The position numbers and the translations under genes were made by a program. The notes below the pieces were generated by a model, which was not told where the DNA came from, did not search any database, and was given only the letters and a program-made list of their open reading frames with translations. Positions 18,674 to 27,945 of a DNA stretch of 64,000 nt are shown here, piece by piece; position 1 is the stretch's first letter; each line of letters begins with the position of its first letter. Origin of the DNA: Acidobacteriota bacterium (lineage in GTDB: Bacteria > Acidobacteriota > Terriglobia > Terriglobales > Acidobacteriaceae); the NCBI GenBank assembly GCA_019244045.1, contig JAFATF010000052.1:15636-79635 (forward strand). The letters are read 5' to 3'.

Positions 18674-20821
18674 ATGAAAAGGGTAGTTCATGCCGCCTGT
18701 CCGCACGATTGTCCCGATGGGTGCGCCGTCTTGATCAGCGTCGAGGGTGACAAAGCGGTCAAGATTCAGGGGGATCCGGCCCATCCGGTGACAAAAGGTT
18801 TCCTGTGCGCCAAAGTGGCGAAGTATCTGGATCGGGTCTACTCGCCCGCTCGCGTACTCCATCCTCTGCGGCGGCTTGGGCCCAAGGGACCCTTGGCTTG
18901 TCGCAACTCGCCGCCAGAAGAGCCGGCGCCTAGTCACAGATGGAAACCAATCACCTGGGATGAGGCGCTCGAGGAAATCTCGAGCCGCTTTCGGCAAATC
19001 GTCCAACAATTCGGGTCCGAGGCGATCTTGCCCTATTCCTATGGCGGCACGCTGGGAGTGCTCAATGGCGCAGCCATGGACCGGCGTTTTTTCTATCGCT
19101 TGGGCGCTTCGCAATTGGAGCGAACCATTTGCTCGGAAGCGGGCGAGACGGCATTGAAATCGGTCATCGGAGAAAAATTGGGGACTGAGCCCGAACAGTT
19201 CCGCTTCGCCCGCTACATCATCGCTTGGGGGGCGAATATTCACGGCAACAACATCCACCTGTGGCCTTTTATTGAAGAGGCTCGACGCGCGGGGGCGAAG
19301 CTGGTAGTGATCGATCCCTACCGAACACGAACCGCTGCCTGTGCTGACTGGCACCTGCCCATTCACCCCGGCACCGATGCGGCGTTGGCTTTGGCCATGA
19401 TGCACGTGATCATCGGCCAAGGCCTGTATGACGCCGATTACGTCAGCCAATACACGCTGGGTTTCGACCAGTTGGCGGAGAAGGTGAAGGAATTTCCTCC
19501 CGAGTGCGCCGCCCAGTGGACGGGAATATCGGCCAGCGATATTAGGAAGCTGGCGCAGGAGTACGCGACTACCCGGCTGGCCGTCATTCGCCTCAATTAT
19601 GGCCTGCAGCGCTCCGAGCGAGGCGGAATGTCCACGCGAACCGTTAGCATGTTGCCCGCCCTTACCGGCTCCTGGAGAGACATCGGAGGCGGTCTCCAGC
19701 TGTCGACCAGCGGCGCCTTCCAGCTTAATAAAGAGGCTTTGCAGCTGCCTGAATTGATGTACAAAGCCTTGGGCCGGCCAGCACGGGTCGTGAACATGGT
19801 CGAACTGGGCAAAGCGCTGACCATGCTCGAAGCTCCCCCCATTCAGGCGCTTTTTGTTTATAACTCTAACCCGGCGGCGGTCTGCCCGAACCACAACCTG
19901 GTGGTGCGCGGTCTTGCGCGCCACGATCTATTCACCGTTGTGCACGAGCAGTTCTTCACTGACACCACCGATTACGCCGATATCGTGCTCCCGGCAACCA
20001 CGTTTTTTGAGCACAAAGACCTTCTGGCCGCGTACGGTCACTATTACCTGCAGATTTCCGAGCAGGCCATTCAACCCCTCGGCGAGTGCCGCCCCAATCT
20101 CGAGGTGTTTCGCGCTTTGGCGCATCGCATGGGCTTCGAAGAGGCCTGCTTTGATGAATCGGTCGACCAGATGATTGACCTTGCCCTGGCATCGCGTAAT
20201 CCTTGGCTCGACGGCATCAATCGAGAGGAGCTCGAACGAGTCGGCCACGTTCGGCTGAAGCTCCCGGGGGAACCATTCCTGCCCTTTGCCGAGGGCAAAT
20301 TCTGGTCTCAGAGCGGCCGGGCGGAGCTCTATAGCGACCAGCTGAAGGCGCAGGGGCTCGACCCAGTGGCGGACTTTCAGCCGCCCGAGGAGTCACGGCA
20401 TCACCACATGGGCGACTACCCTTTGGAGATGCTGGCTCGCAAGGCCGACAACTTCCTGAACTCCACGTTCGCCAATATCCCAACTGTACAAAGAATAGAG
20501 CAACCCAGCCCCATCTTGGAGATCAATGCCGAGGATGCTCGCTCGCGCGGCATCGCCGAGGGCGATCGGGTACGGGTGTTCAACCGCCGTGGCGAGATAA
20601 GCCTCCGAGCTCGCGTTGTGGAGCGCGTGCCCCCGGGCGTGGTTTCTGCCCAGCTGAATTGGGCGAAGTTGAGCGAAGATGGTAAGAACATCAATGTCCT
20701 GACCTCAGAAAAACTCACCGACATGGGCAACTCTGCCACGTTTTATTCCGTCTTGGTGGAAGTAGAGCGTTTTCGCGACAACAACCAGGTCACGAATAAG
20801 CCCGCACAGACCGCTTCGTGA
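18674..20821 (+). CDS. molybdopterin (bis-MGD) oxidoreductase family protein, substrate unknown
   Basis: N-terminal 4Fe-4S motif CPHDCPDGC..(x)..C in MKRVVHAACPHDCPDGCAVL..GFLCAKV, then molybdopterin oxidoreductase and C-terminal dinucleotide-binding domains. No Tat signal seen, so probably cytoplasmic. Confidence 0.9.
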   Translation: MKRVVHAACPHDCPDGCAVLISVEGDKAVKIQGDPAHPVTKGFLCAKVAKYLDRVYSPARVLHPLRRLGPKGPLACRNSPPEEPAPSHRWKPITWDEALEEISSRFRQIVQQFGSEAILPYSYGGTLGVLNGAAMDRRFFYRLGASQLERTICSEAGETALKSVIGEKLGTEPEQFRFARYIIAWGANIHGNNIHLWPFIEEARRAGAKLVVIDPYRTRTAACADWHLPIHPGTDAALALAMMHVIIGQGLYDADYVSQYTLGFDQLAEKVKEFPPECAAQWTGISASDIRKLAQEYATTRLAVIRLNYGLQRSERGGMSTRTVSMLPALTGSWRDIGGGLQLSTSGAFQLNKEALQLPELMYKALGRPARVVNMVELGKALTMLEAPPIQALFVYNSNPAAVCPNHNLVVRGLARHDLFTVVHEQFFTDTTDYADIVLPATTFFEHKDLLAAYGHYYLQISEQAIQPLGECRPNLEVFRALAHRMGFEEACFDESVDQMIDLALASRNPWLDGINREELERVGHVRLKLPGEPFLPFAEGKFWSQSGRAELYSDQLKAQGLDPVADFQPPEESRHHHMGDYPLEMLARKADNFLNSTFANIPTVQRIEQPSPILEINAEDARSRGIAEGDRVRVFNRRGEISLRARVVERVPPGVVSAQLNWAKLSEDGKNINVLTSEKLTDMGNSATFYSVLVEVERFRDNNQVTNKPAQTAS

Positions 20822-21031
20822 GGGCTGTTTTGGACGCTCTCTAATGCCGTACCGTATAATGACCGTTTTCCATAGTCCCAAGCTTCCGAGGTAGTTGCAA
20901 TTCTTCGTCGCCAACAGGAAAGCCCTGCCGTAACGAGGAGTGGGTCTCACTCTGCCCGCAAAAATCGGAGGCCACGGGACATCAGAACCGCGCTCGCCAG
21001 GCTAAACACCCCGCTTCGTTCCACTTTCCCT

Positions 21032-23851
21032 GTGGCGCCAGAAATTGAGGGCCGGGCGATTTTCCATGCTCTGATGGTTTTGTTGTTGTCTTGTCTGCCC
21101 CTCTTGGCCCAGGAAAACCTTATCGGGGACGTGAGGGTTCATGGCAATCGCCGCATTCCTGTCGATACCATCAAATCCCGTATCTTTACCAAGCCGGGCG
21201 ATATCTACGATCCCGCCGCTTTGGAACGTGACTTCAATTCATTGTGGAACACTGGATATTTCGAAGATCTGCGCATTGAGCGCGAACAGACGGCCAAAGG
21301 GTGGGTCATCCACATCTATGTGAAGGAACGTCCCACCATCCGCGAGATCAATTACACGGGCTTAAACTCGGTCTCTACCAGCGACGTGCTGGATCGATTT
21401 AAGGAGCGCAAAGTGGGACTCTCGGTCGAGAGCCAGTACGATCCCACCAAGGTCAAAAAAGCCGAGGTCACCATCAAGGAACTGCTGGCCGAACACGGGC
21501 GGCAGTTTGCCATTGTGCGCAATGAAGTCCGGCCCATTCCTCCGGCAGCCGTGGGTATTACTTTCGTGGTTAGGGAAGGACCCAAGGTGAAAGTCGGCAA
21601 GATCCGGTTTGAAGGCAATAAGCACGTTCCCACACGGATCTTGCGTGCGGCCATGAAGAACCTGCGGCCCATCGGCATCCCTCACTCCATCTTCTTGGAG
21701 AACATCTTTTCGAAAACCTACGACGCCAGCAAGCTGGATGAAGATACCGAGCGCGTCCGCGCCGAGTACCAGAACCGCGGCTACTTCAAAGCCTTGATCC
21801 AACAGCCGAAGACGCAGATTCGCGACACCGGCGGCGGTATCACCATTCCCTGGATCCACGGCAAGGGCAAGGCGGTCGATATCACCATGCCCATCGAAGA
21901 AGGTGACCGCTATCGCCTGGGTTCGATCACCTTCAGTGGCAACAAGGCAATCCCCAATACCAAGGGACTGCGCACGATGTTTCCCATCAAAGACGGGGAT
22001 ATCTTTAGCCGCGAGAAAATTGCCAAGGGCCTAGAGAATCTGCGCAAAGCCTATGGACAGTACGGCTATATCAATTTCACCTCGGTGCCGAATACCAGCT
22101 TCGATGAGGAAAAGAAATTGGTAAATCTCGAGATCGATCTCGACGAAGGCAAGCAGTTTTATGTTCGCCGCATCGAGTTCCAGGGCAATACCACCACCCG
22201 CGACAAGGTCATCCGCCGCGAACTAGCCATTGAGGAAGGCCAGATCTATAACTCGAATTTGTGGGAACTCAGCCTGCTGCGCTTGAACCAGCTCGGCTAT
22301 TTCGAGCAGCTGAAACCCGACGATCCCAATGTAACCGAGCGCAAGCTGGACGAGAAAAATGGCACCGTCGATCTGACGCTCAAGGTCCATGAAAAAGGCA
22401 AGAACCAGATCGGCCTAACCGGCGGGGTCAGTGGTCTTGAAGGCGCCTTTATTGGTATCAACTATTCCACCAATAATTTGTTTGGTTTGGGCGAGACTTT
22501 GAATGTCAGTGCCAGCATCGGGAACATCCAGCGCGCCGCCACCTTCGGCTTTACCGAACCCTATCTGTTTGACCGGCCACTGCAATTCGGCTTTACGGTG
22601 TTCACGCAGAAATACAACTTTAATCAGGCCACCCAATATTCGCTGTTTACGGGCCAGAGAATCAATTTTTCGCAGGAAATCCTCAACGCCCTGCAGAACT
22701 TTACTCAGGCCGATACTGGCTTCACAGTTTCTACCAGCTATCCCTTGCACCGCTCCTTTAAACGCGTGGGAATCACTTATGCCTTCGACAATTCCTCGAC
22801 CGAGGTGTTCAGCAACGCGTCCAAGTCCCTGTTTCAGAATCTCGCCTTCCGTGGTTTTGCCGGGCCCAACGCGCTCAACGGCGTCAACACCAGCAAGGTC
22901 ATCCCCAGTTTCACCTTCAACACCATCGACAGCCCGGTTAGCCCTCACAAGGGACAGAGTCTTTACCTGGCGAGCGAAATTGCGGGACTGGGTGGCACGG
23001 TCAAGTACCTTCGGCCCATCTTCGAATACAAGCGTTGGAAGCCGATGCAGACCAAACACGATCCGCGCGGCCATAATACCTTCGGCTACCGTGTGCAAGC
23101 TTCGTTCTTGAGCGGCTATGGAGGGCTGGTGGCGCCGCCCTTCGATCGCTTCTACACCGGAGGGGAGAATGATTTGCGCGGCTTCGATATTCGCAGCGTC
23201 TCCCCCTACGCCTACCTGCCCACCAACGTCACCATCAACCTGACCAATCCCGATGGGACCCTGGTGCCCAAGGACCCCACCAATCCGCGGCGTGGCGCAT
23301 ACACGGTTTCGCTTCCCTTTCAGCAAATTGTAGAGCCAGGTGGCGACTTCAGCCTGGTCAGCAACGCTGAGTACCGTTTTACCATTGTGGGCCCGGTGGC
23401 GCTGGCCCCCTTCCTTGATGTGGGCACCAATTCAATTCTTCGCAGCTCGCAACTGAGAATTAACTCCGGCCAGCTGCAAGACATAAACAGTGTCTTCTTC
23501 GGCTGTCCAGCGCTCAACCCGGGCCTTACTTGCGTCGGTGGTCAGCGGCTCACATTTCCTTCCGACTTGAAGGCAATCCCCGGAACCAACTGGGTTCCGC
23601 GCATGTCAACCGGGCTGGAATTCCAGGTCTTCTTGCCGGTCATCAATGCTCCGTTCCGCATCTACTATGCCTATAACCCGCTGCGCCTCAACAGCACGAC
23701 TACTACTCCCACCCCCATCACACGCAGTATGTTCCCGCTGGGCGCTGCCGGCGACTTCACATATCGACAGGCGCTCACTCTGTACGGTCCGGCCTACCGC
23801 CTGCAAGAGCCGCTTAAGACCTTCCGCTTTACCGTGGCCACGACCTTCTAA
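21032..23851 (+). CDS. bamA: outer membrane protein assembly factor BamA (POTRA repeats + Omp85 barrel)
   Basis: Signal peptide, repeated POTRA modules (I..V.V.GN.R, FEGN, FSGN, FQGN), C-terminal barrel ending ..FRFTVATTF. Start is GTG 21032 or ATG 21074. Confidence 0.95.
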   Translation: MAPEIEGRAIFHALMVLLLSCLPLLAQENLIGDVRVHGNRRIPVDTIKSRIFTKPGDIYDPAALERDFNSLWNTGYFEDLRIEREQTAKGWVIHIYVKERPTIREINYTGLNSVSTSDVLDRFKERKVGLSVESQYDPTKVKKAEVTIKELLAEHGRQFAIVRNEVRPIPPAAVGITFVVREGPKVKVGKIRFEGNKHVPTRILRAAMKNLRPIGIPHSIFLENIFSKTYDASKLDEDTERVRAEYQNRGYFKALIQQPKTQIRDTGGGITIPWIHGKGKAVDITMPIEEGDRYRLGSITFSGNKAIPNTKGLRTMFPIKDGDIFSREKIAKGLENLRKAYGQYGYINFTSVPNTSFDEEKKLVNLEIDLDEGKQFYVRRIEFQGNTTTRDKVIRRELAIEEGQIYNSNLWELSLLRLNQLGYFEQLKPDDPNVTERKLDEKNGTVDLTLKVHEKGKNQIGLTGGVSGLEGAFIGINYSTNNLFGLGETLNVSASIGNIQRAATFGFTEPYLFDRPLQFGFTVFTQKYNFNQATQYSLFTGQRINFSQEILNALQNFTQADTGFTVSTSYPLHRSFKRVGITYAFDNSSTEVFSNASKSLFQNLAFRGFAGPNALNGVNTSKVIPSFTFNTIDSPVSPHKGQSLYLASEIAGLGGTVKYLRPIFEYKRWKPMQTKHDPRGHNTFGYRVQASFLSGYGGLVAPPFDRFYTGGENDLRGFDIRSVSPYAYLPTNVTINLTNPDGTLVPKDPTNPRRGAYTVSLPFQQIVEPGGDFSLVSNAEYRFTIVGPVALAPFLDVGTNSILRSSQLRINSGQLQDINSVFFGCPALNPGLTCVGGQRLTFPSDLKAIPGTNWVPRMSTGLEFQVFLPVINAPFRIYYAYNPLRLNSTTTTPTPITRSMFPLGAAGDFTYRQALTLYGPAYRLQEPLKTFRFTVATTF

Positions 23852-24041
23852 GCTGGCCTGATCGATTCGCCTGCTTGCCGCCAACTAAGGTCAGTCTGTG
23901 CGCTTTTCACCAGCGGGCCGGGCGCAAAGGCCGAAGAACGTCCTGATGCGGGCGCGAAAAGAGCCAAACAGCACGAATACATTAGGGCTCAAGTGGGAGG
24001 CGCAGGTCGATCGAGAGGGGACGGCGGAGAGTCGTAAGGGT

Positions 24042-24071
24042 TTGACGCTGGACTGAGGCTGCTCCTATAAT
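24042..24071 (+). promoter_or_regulatory. near-consensus sigma70-type promoter upstream of skp
   Basis: TTGACG (24042-24047), 18-nt spacer, TATAAT (24066-24071). The predicted transcription start site (TSS) is about 24078, roughly 187 nt before the skp ATG. Confidence 0.5.
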
Positions 24072-24264
24072 GTGCTCACCCGCACCATGAGGAATGATCA
24101 TTCTGAGAGGATGATCACGGCGCTTTCCGGTTCGGTACGAGAGCTAGTGCAACCGGCTGCCCTGCCCAATGAAGGGCCGGTCTGCTCTCTCAGCGCGCAA
24201 TCCAGGTGATCTGGGAAACGTTTTCAATTCCGAGAGAGTTCTTCCAAGGAGTTCAAGCTATACA

Positions 24265-24975
24265 ATGAACAGCAACATTATGCGAGTTTTTCTAGTCACG
24301 GCAATCGCCCTGCCGATGGCTACTCTGGCCCAAACTGGCAGCGCGGCTGCGGCCACAACACCAGCGCCATCGGCTTCCACTGCCTCGACCGCGCCGGTGG
24401 CCGGCCCTACGAAAATTGGCGTGATTAGCATTCAAGACGCGATTCTTGCCACCAATGAAGGGCAGAAGCAGTTTGACACGCTGAGCAAGAAATTCGAACC
24501 GAAGCGGACGGAGATCAAGTCGCTGACTGACGAAATTGACAGTCTGAAGAAACAATTAGACGCGCAGGGGACTAAGTTGAACGAGGAATCGCGCGGCACG
24601 CTGGTACGCCAGATTGAGAGCAAGCAAAAGACTCTGAATCGCACCCAGGAAGACGCGCAGAACGATTTTGTGGGGCAGCAGAACGAGATCGCTCAGAAGA
24701 TTTTGCAGAAGATGGGGCCGGTGATCGACAAATATGCCAAAGATAATGGCCTGACCTTGATTATCGATGTCTCCAAGCCTTGGCCTGACGGGCCGGTGCT
24801 TTGGGCCGGCCAATCGGTCGATATCACCCGGCCGATCGTCGAACTCTACAACAATCAGGCGGGTGTGCCGGCCGCGCCGTCAGCTTCCCGTAACACCACG
24901 GGAACGACGCGTGCATCCAGTCCAGCGACGAGGCCGGCCACCAGCAAGCCATCAAATAGCGAGCCGCCCAAATAG
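24265..24975 (+). CDS. skp: OmpH/Skp family periplasmic chaperone with low-complexity C-terminal tail
   Basis: Start moved to ATG 24265 (MNSNIMRVFLVTAIALPMATLAQ signal). Coiled-coil OmpH pattern (QKQFDTLSKKFEPKRTEIKSL..DSLKKQL). Sits directly downstream of bamA, as in many diderms. Confidence 0.9.
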   Translation: MNSNIMRVFLVTAIALPMATLAQTGSAAAATTPAPSASTASTAPVAGPTKIGVISIQDAILATNEGQKQFDTLSKKFEPKRTEIKSLTDEIDSLKKQLDAQGTKLNEESRGTLVRQIESKQKTLNRTQEDAQNDFVGQQNEIAQKILQKMGPVIDKYAKDNGLTLIIDVSKPWPDGPVLWAGQSVDITRPIVELYNNQAGVPAAPSASRNTTGTTRASSPATRPATSKPSNSEPPK

Positions 24976-25010
24976 GGTCGGCACTACCTCACCTACAAAG
25001 GTTCGGTTAG

Positions 25011-25040
25011 GGCCGCACTGGGTGCGGCCTTATTCATCCA
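25011..25040 (+). terminator. rho-independent terminator after skp
   Basis: GGCCGCAC (25011-25018) / GTGCGGCC (25022-25029) stem with a short loop, followed by TTATTCATCC. Confidence 0.55.
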
Positions 25041-25248
25041 TGGCACAGCCGAAATCTGCACCGAGCGGTGCCAGTAGCCAGATCCGCTCGTTTGGGAGGA
25101 CACCGGTGCAGGCGAACTTTGGGACGCTTGCGGGAGTGCGTCACGCCAGGGATGGACACCCGGGGGTTAGCCCTCCAGACGGCGGCAAACAGCGGTTTCG
25201 TGTTTTAGCCACTCCTCCTCACCCACAGCTGCCGCAGTAAACAGCGAA

Positions 25249-25446
25249 TTGTTCGAGAGGCTCGAGGTTTTGACAGCAGACCCCATGCTGCTCAAATCGG
25301 TCGCCGAGGCCATACAGCAATGGTGTTATCGCCCGTACCTCTGGAACAGGGAACCGGCCGAGGTGCAGGCCGAATCCCGTCAATTTTGGCCATCGCTAAC
25401 GAATAGCACGCAAGTAACCCGGGGGTTACACTTGCGACCGTTATAA
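25249..25446 (+). pseudogene. possible remnant of a TonB C-terminal domain gene
   Basis: The 65-codon ORF (TTG start, no SD) reads ..LEVLTADPMLLKSVAEAIQQWCYRPYLWNREPAEVQ... This matches the end of TonB_C domains (V.SG.P.L..AA..AV..W.Y.P...NG.PV.V). The upstream two-thirds of the domain and the rest of TonB are missing or out of frame. Confidence 0.35.
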
Positions 25447-25454
25447 TCGCAAGC

Positions 25455-26633
25455 ATGGCGACCACTGCCAGAGGAATACTGAGCCGCATCTCGACTCGTC
25501 CCACCTGGGCTGAAGTGTCCCTGGCTACCTTGCGGAGAAACTTTCGCGTCCTCGAAGAGCATGTCGGCGGCAATGTAACCATCTGTGCTGTGGTCAAGGC
25601 CGACGCCTATGGGCACGGCGGGGTAGACTGTGCCGTCGCGCTCGAGGCCGCAGGCGCTCGCTGGCTGGGAGTAACCTCACTCGATGAGGCGATTCCATTA
25701 CGGGAAGCCCCGGTTCGCAGCCGGATCCTGCTGATGACCGGATTCTGGCGCGGCGAAGAGGAGGAAATCGTGGGGCTGGGACTAACCCCCACGGTTTGGG
25801 AGCCCTGGCAGATCGAGTCGCTCAATCGCGCATCCGGCAAGCTCGGCGTCGGCAAGCATCCGGTTCATCTGAAGGTGGACAGCGGCATGGGGCGACTGGG
25901 CGTCGGCCTTCAGATGCTGCCACGCCTTATCGAAATTCTAAAGGCCGCCGACCATCTTTCCCTCGAAGGCCTGTCCACCCACCTTGCTTGCGCGGAGGTG
26001 TTGGACGCCCCTTCTGTCCAACAGCAACTCAAGACTTTTGATGAGGCGCGGGGTTTGCTGCGGGCAGCTGGGCTGACTCCCGCCCTGGTGCATGTCGCCA
26101 ACAGCTCGGCGGTAATCTCTCGCCGCACCACCTGGAACAATATGATTCGGCCTGGATTGGCTCTCTACGGGTATTATCTGCCCTTTCAGCGCGCCGGACG
26201 AGAGGTCAGCGGCAGCGCGCTCAGGGTGAGTGTGAAACCTGCCTTGACCTGGAAGACACGTATTTTGGCCCTGCGCGATATGGAAGCAAATCAAGCGCTC
26301 GGCTATGGCGGAACCTATGTGACCAAAACCCCAGCCCGCATCGCCGTCCTTCCCGTCGGTTATGCTGACGGCCTGAATCGCGCACTTTCCTCCGCCGGGC
26401 GAGTTATCGTGCGCGATCACTACGCTCCCATCATTGGCCTGATCTCGATGGATCTCACCTTGATCGACGTAACCGGTATTGCTCGCGTGGAGGTAGGAGA
26501 CGAGGTGATCCTGCTGGGGACCAGCGATGGCCTGACGGTGAGCGCACAGGAACACGCCGACATGGCCAATACCATTGCCTATGAGATTCTTTGTGCCATT
26601 TCGAAACGTGTTCCGCGACGCTATACGGCTTAA
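25455..26633 (+). CDS. alr: alanine racemase
   Basis: RPTWAEVSLATLRRN, PLP-lysine motif AVVKADAYGHG, C-terminal YEILCAISKRVPR. Confidence 0.96.
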   Translation: MATTARGILSRISTRPTWAEVSLATLRRNFRVLEEHVGGNVTICAVVKADAYGHGGVDCAVALEAAGARWLGVTSLDEAIPLREAPVRSRILLMTGFWRGEEEEIVGLGLTPTVWEPWQIESLNRASGKLGVGKHPVHLKVDSGMGRLGVGLQMLPRLIEILKAADHLSLEGLSTHLACAEVLDAPSVQQQLKTFDEARGLLRAAGLTPALVHVANSSAVISRRTTWNNMIRPGLALYGYYLPFQRAGREVSGSALRVSVKPALTWKTRILALRDMEANQALGYGGTYVTKTPARIAVLPVGYADGLNRALSSAGRVIVRDHYAPIIGLISMDLTLIDVTGIARVEVGDEVILLGTSDGLTVSAQEHADMANTIAYEILCAISKRVPRRYTA

Positions 26634-26783
26634 GCCAGGTGACATTTCGGGCTGCGTGATTTCTCTAGATCGGGCGCCTCTGCGCCGCTGTCCCGTACCT
26701 CCCCCACAAAGGCTGATGAAGACCGGCGAGGGGACTAATCACTGTCTTGGTCTGCGGCTGCTTTGCTAATATTTGAGAGGACG

Positions 26784-27902
26784 ATGGCGGGGTTGTACCA
26801 GCAATGGATGCACGACTGGGAGCATCGACTCACCTCGGTGGACCATAATCGCGTGGTTCGCCCCCTCGAATGGGGCCTCGAGTGGTCCGAGACTTGGCCC
26901 TGCCGCAACGGATGTCAGCCTGAGGAAATCACGGCCGATCCCGAGAAATTTTTCGCCGACTATAACGCCCGTATCCTCGCGCAGAGCGATCAGTTTTTTT
27001 CCTATCTTCAGCCCGGCGACTTTCGCCTGGAACGACGTGAGGTTGAGGTCTTCAGCACGCGCGAAGTGCCGGATCGCAAGCTGGAACAGAAAGTACGAGG
27101 CACCTACGCAGAGTTTCTCCGCTTCACCTCGCCGGTCCGTACCCGCTATGGGGAGAATAACCTGGCGAACGCCCGCTGGTTTCAATCGCCCGGACGCCGT
27201 GCCCTGGTGCTGTTGCCACACTGGAACTCGGATGCAATTTCCTATAGCGGCTTATGCCGCCTTCTGAATCTGATGGGAATCTCCGTCTTACGACTGAGCA
27301 TGCCCTATCACGACATTCGCATGCCGTCGGAGATTCGGCGCGCCGACTATGCCGTCTCGGCCAATATCGGACGCACGATCGACGCGGTACGCCAGGGAGT
27401 CATTGACATCCGATGTTGCCTGGATTGGCTCCAACAGCAAGGGTTTAACCGTCTAGGCGTGCTCGGCACCAGCCTGGGATCGTGCTGCGCGTTCCTGGCG
27501 GCCGCGCACGATCCGCGCATTCGCGTGGCGGTCTTTAACCATGCTTCCACATACTTTGCTGATGTGGTCTGGCATGGACAATCCACCCGTCACATCCGTG
27601 CCGGCCTCGAAAAGCAGATCGACGTTGACCGTTTACGAAAGCTTTGGGCTGCTATCAGCCCGCTGTCCTACTTCGATCAATTCTCCCGCTATCCCAGGCG
27701 GTCGCTGGTTGTCTATGCCCAATTCGATCTCACTTTCCTGCCCGAACTTTCACGCCAAGTCGTAGCCGAGTTTCGCCGCCGTCAGCTTGACTACAAGGTT
27801 GTTGCCTTGCCTTGCGGCCACTACACCACAGGCGAGACACCCTACAAATACGTAGATGGATGGCAGATCGCCTCGTTTCTGCGGACCGCCTTCGACGCGT
27901 AG
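26784..27902 (+). CDS. alpha/beta-fold hydrolase (function unknown)
   Basis: Start moved to ATG 26784. Nucleophile elbow GTSLGS, later Asp/His candidates (QFDLTF, CGHY). Subfamily not assignable by eye. Confidence 0.8.
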   Translation: MAGLYQQWMHDWEHRLTSVDHNRVVRPLEWGLEWSETWPCRNGCQPEEITADPEKFFADYNARILAQSDQFFSYLQPGDFRLERREVEVFSTREVPDRKLEQKVRGTYAEFLRFTSPVRTRYGENNLANARWFQSPGRRALVLLPHWNSDAISYSGLCRLLNLMGISVLRLSMPYHDIRMPSEIRRADYAVSANIGRTIDAVRQGVIDIRCCLDWLQQQGFNRLGVLGTSLGSCCAFLAAAHDPRIRVAVFNHASTYFADVVWHGQSTRHIRAGLEKQIDVDRLRKLWAAISPLSYFDQFSRYPRRSLVVYAQFDLTFLPELSRQVVAEFRRRQLDYKVVALPCGHYTTGETPYKYVDGWQIASFLRTAFDA

Positions 27903-27945
27903 AATGGGGAAGACTCTAGGGGTTCCCGTTCGAAAGATTCCAGCC

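Noticed and set aside
18650-19924. 424-aa ORF antisense to the molybdopterin oxidoreductase gene
   Set aside because: It is fully embedded opposite a gene with clear family motifs. Its Arg/Gly/Ala/Pro-rich composition is typical of shadow ORFs in high-GC DNA, and no recognisable domain is present.
22415-23326. 303-aa ORF antisense to bamA
   Set aside because: Embedded opposite the Omp85 barrel coding region, with no independent signals.
24087-24206. 39-codon ORF (MRNDHSERMITALSG...) inside the skp leader
   Set aside because: It has no SD, begins about 9 nt from the predicted TSS, and its sequence is unremarkable. The region is better explained as structured RNA or operator DNA.
25158-25428. 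12-nt direct repeat ACCCGGGGGTTA (25158-25169 and 25417-25428) flanking the TonB remnant
   Set aside because: A single 12-mer repeat within a few hundred nt is close to chance expectation in a 64-kb GC-rich window. There is no further extended similarity and there are no inverted terminal repeats.
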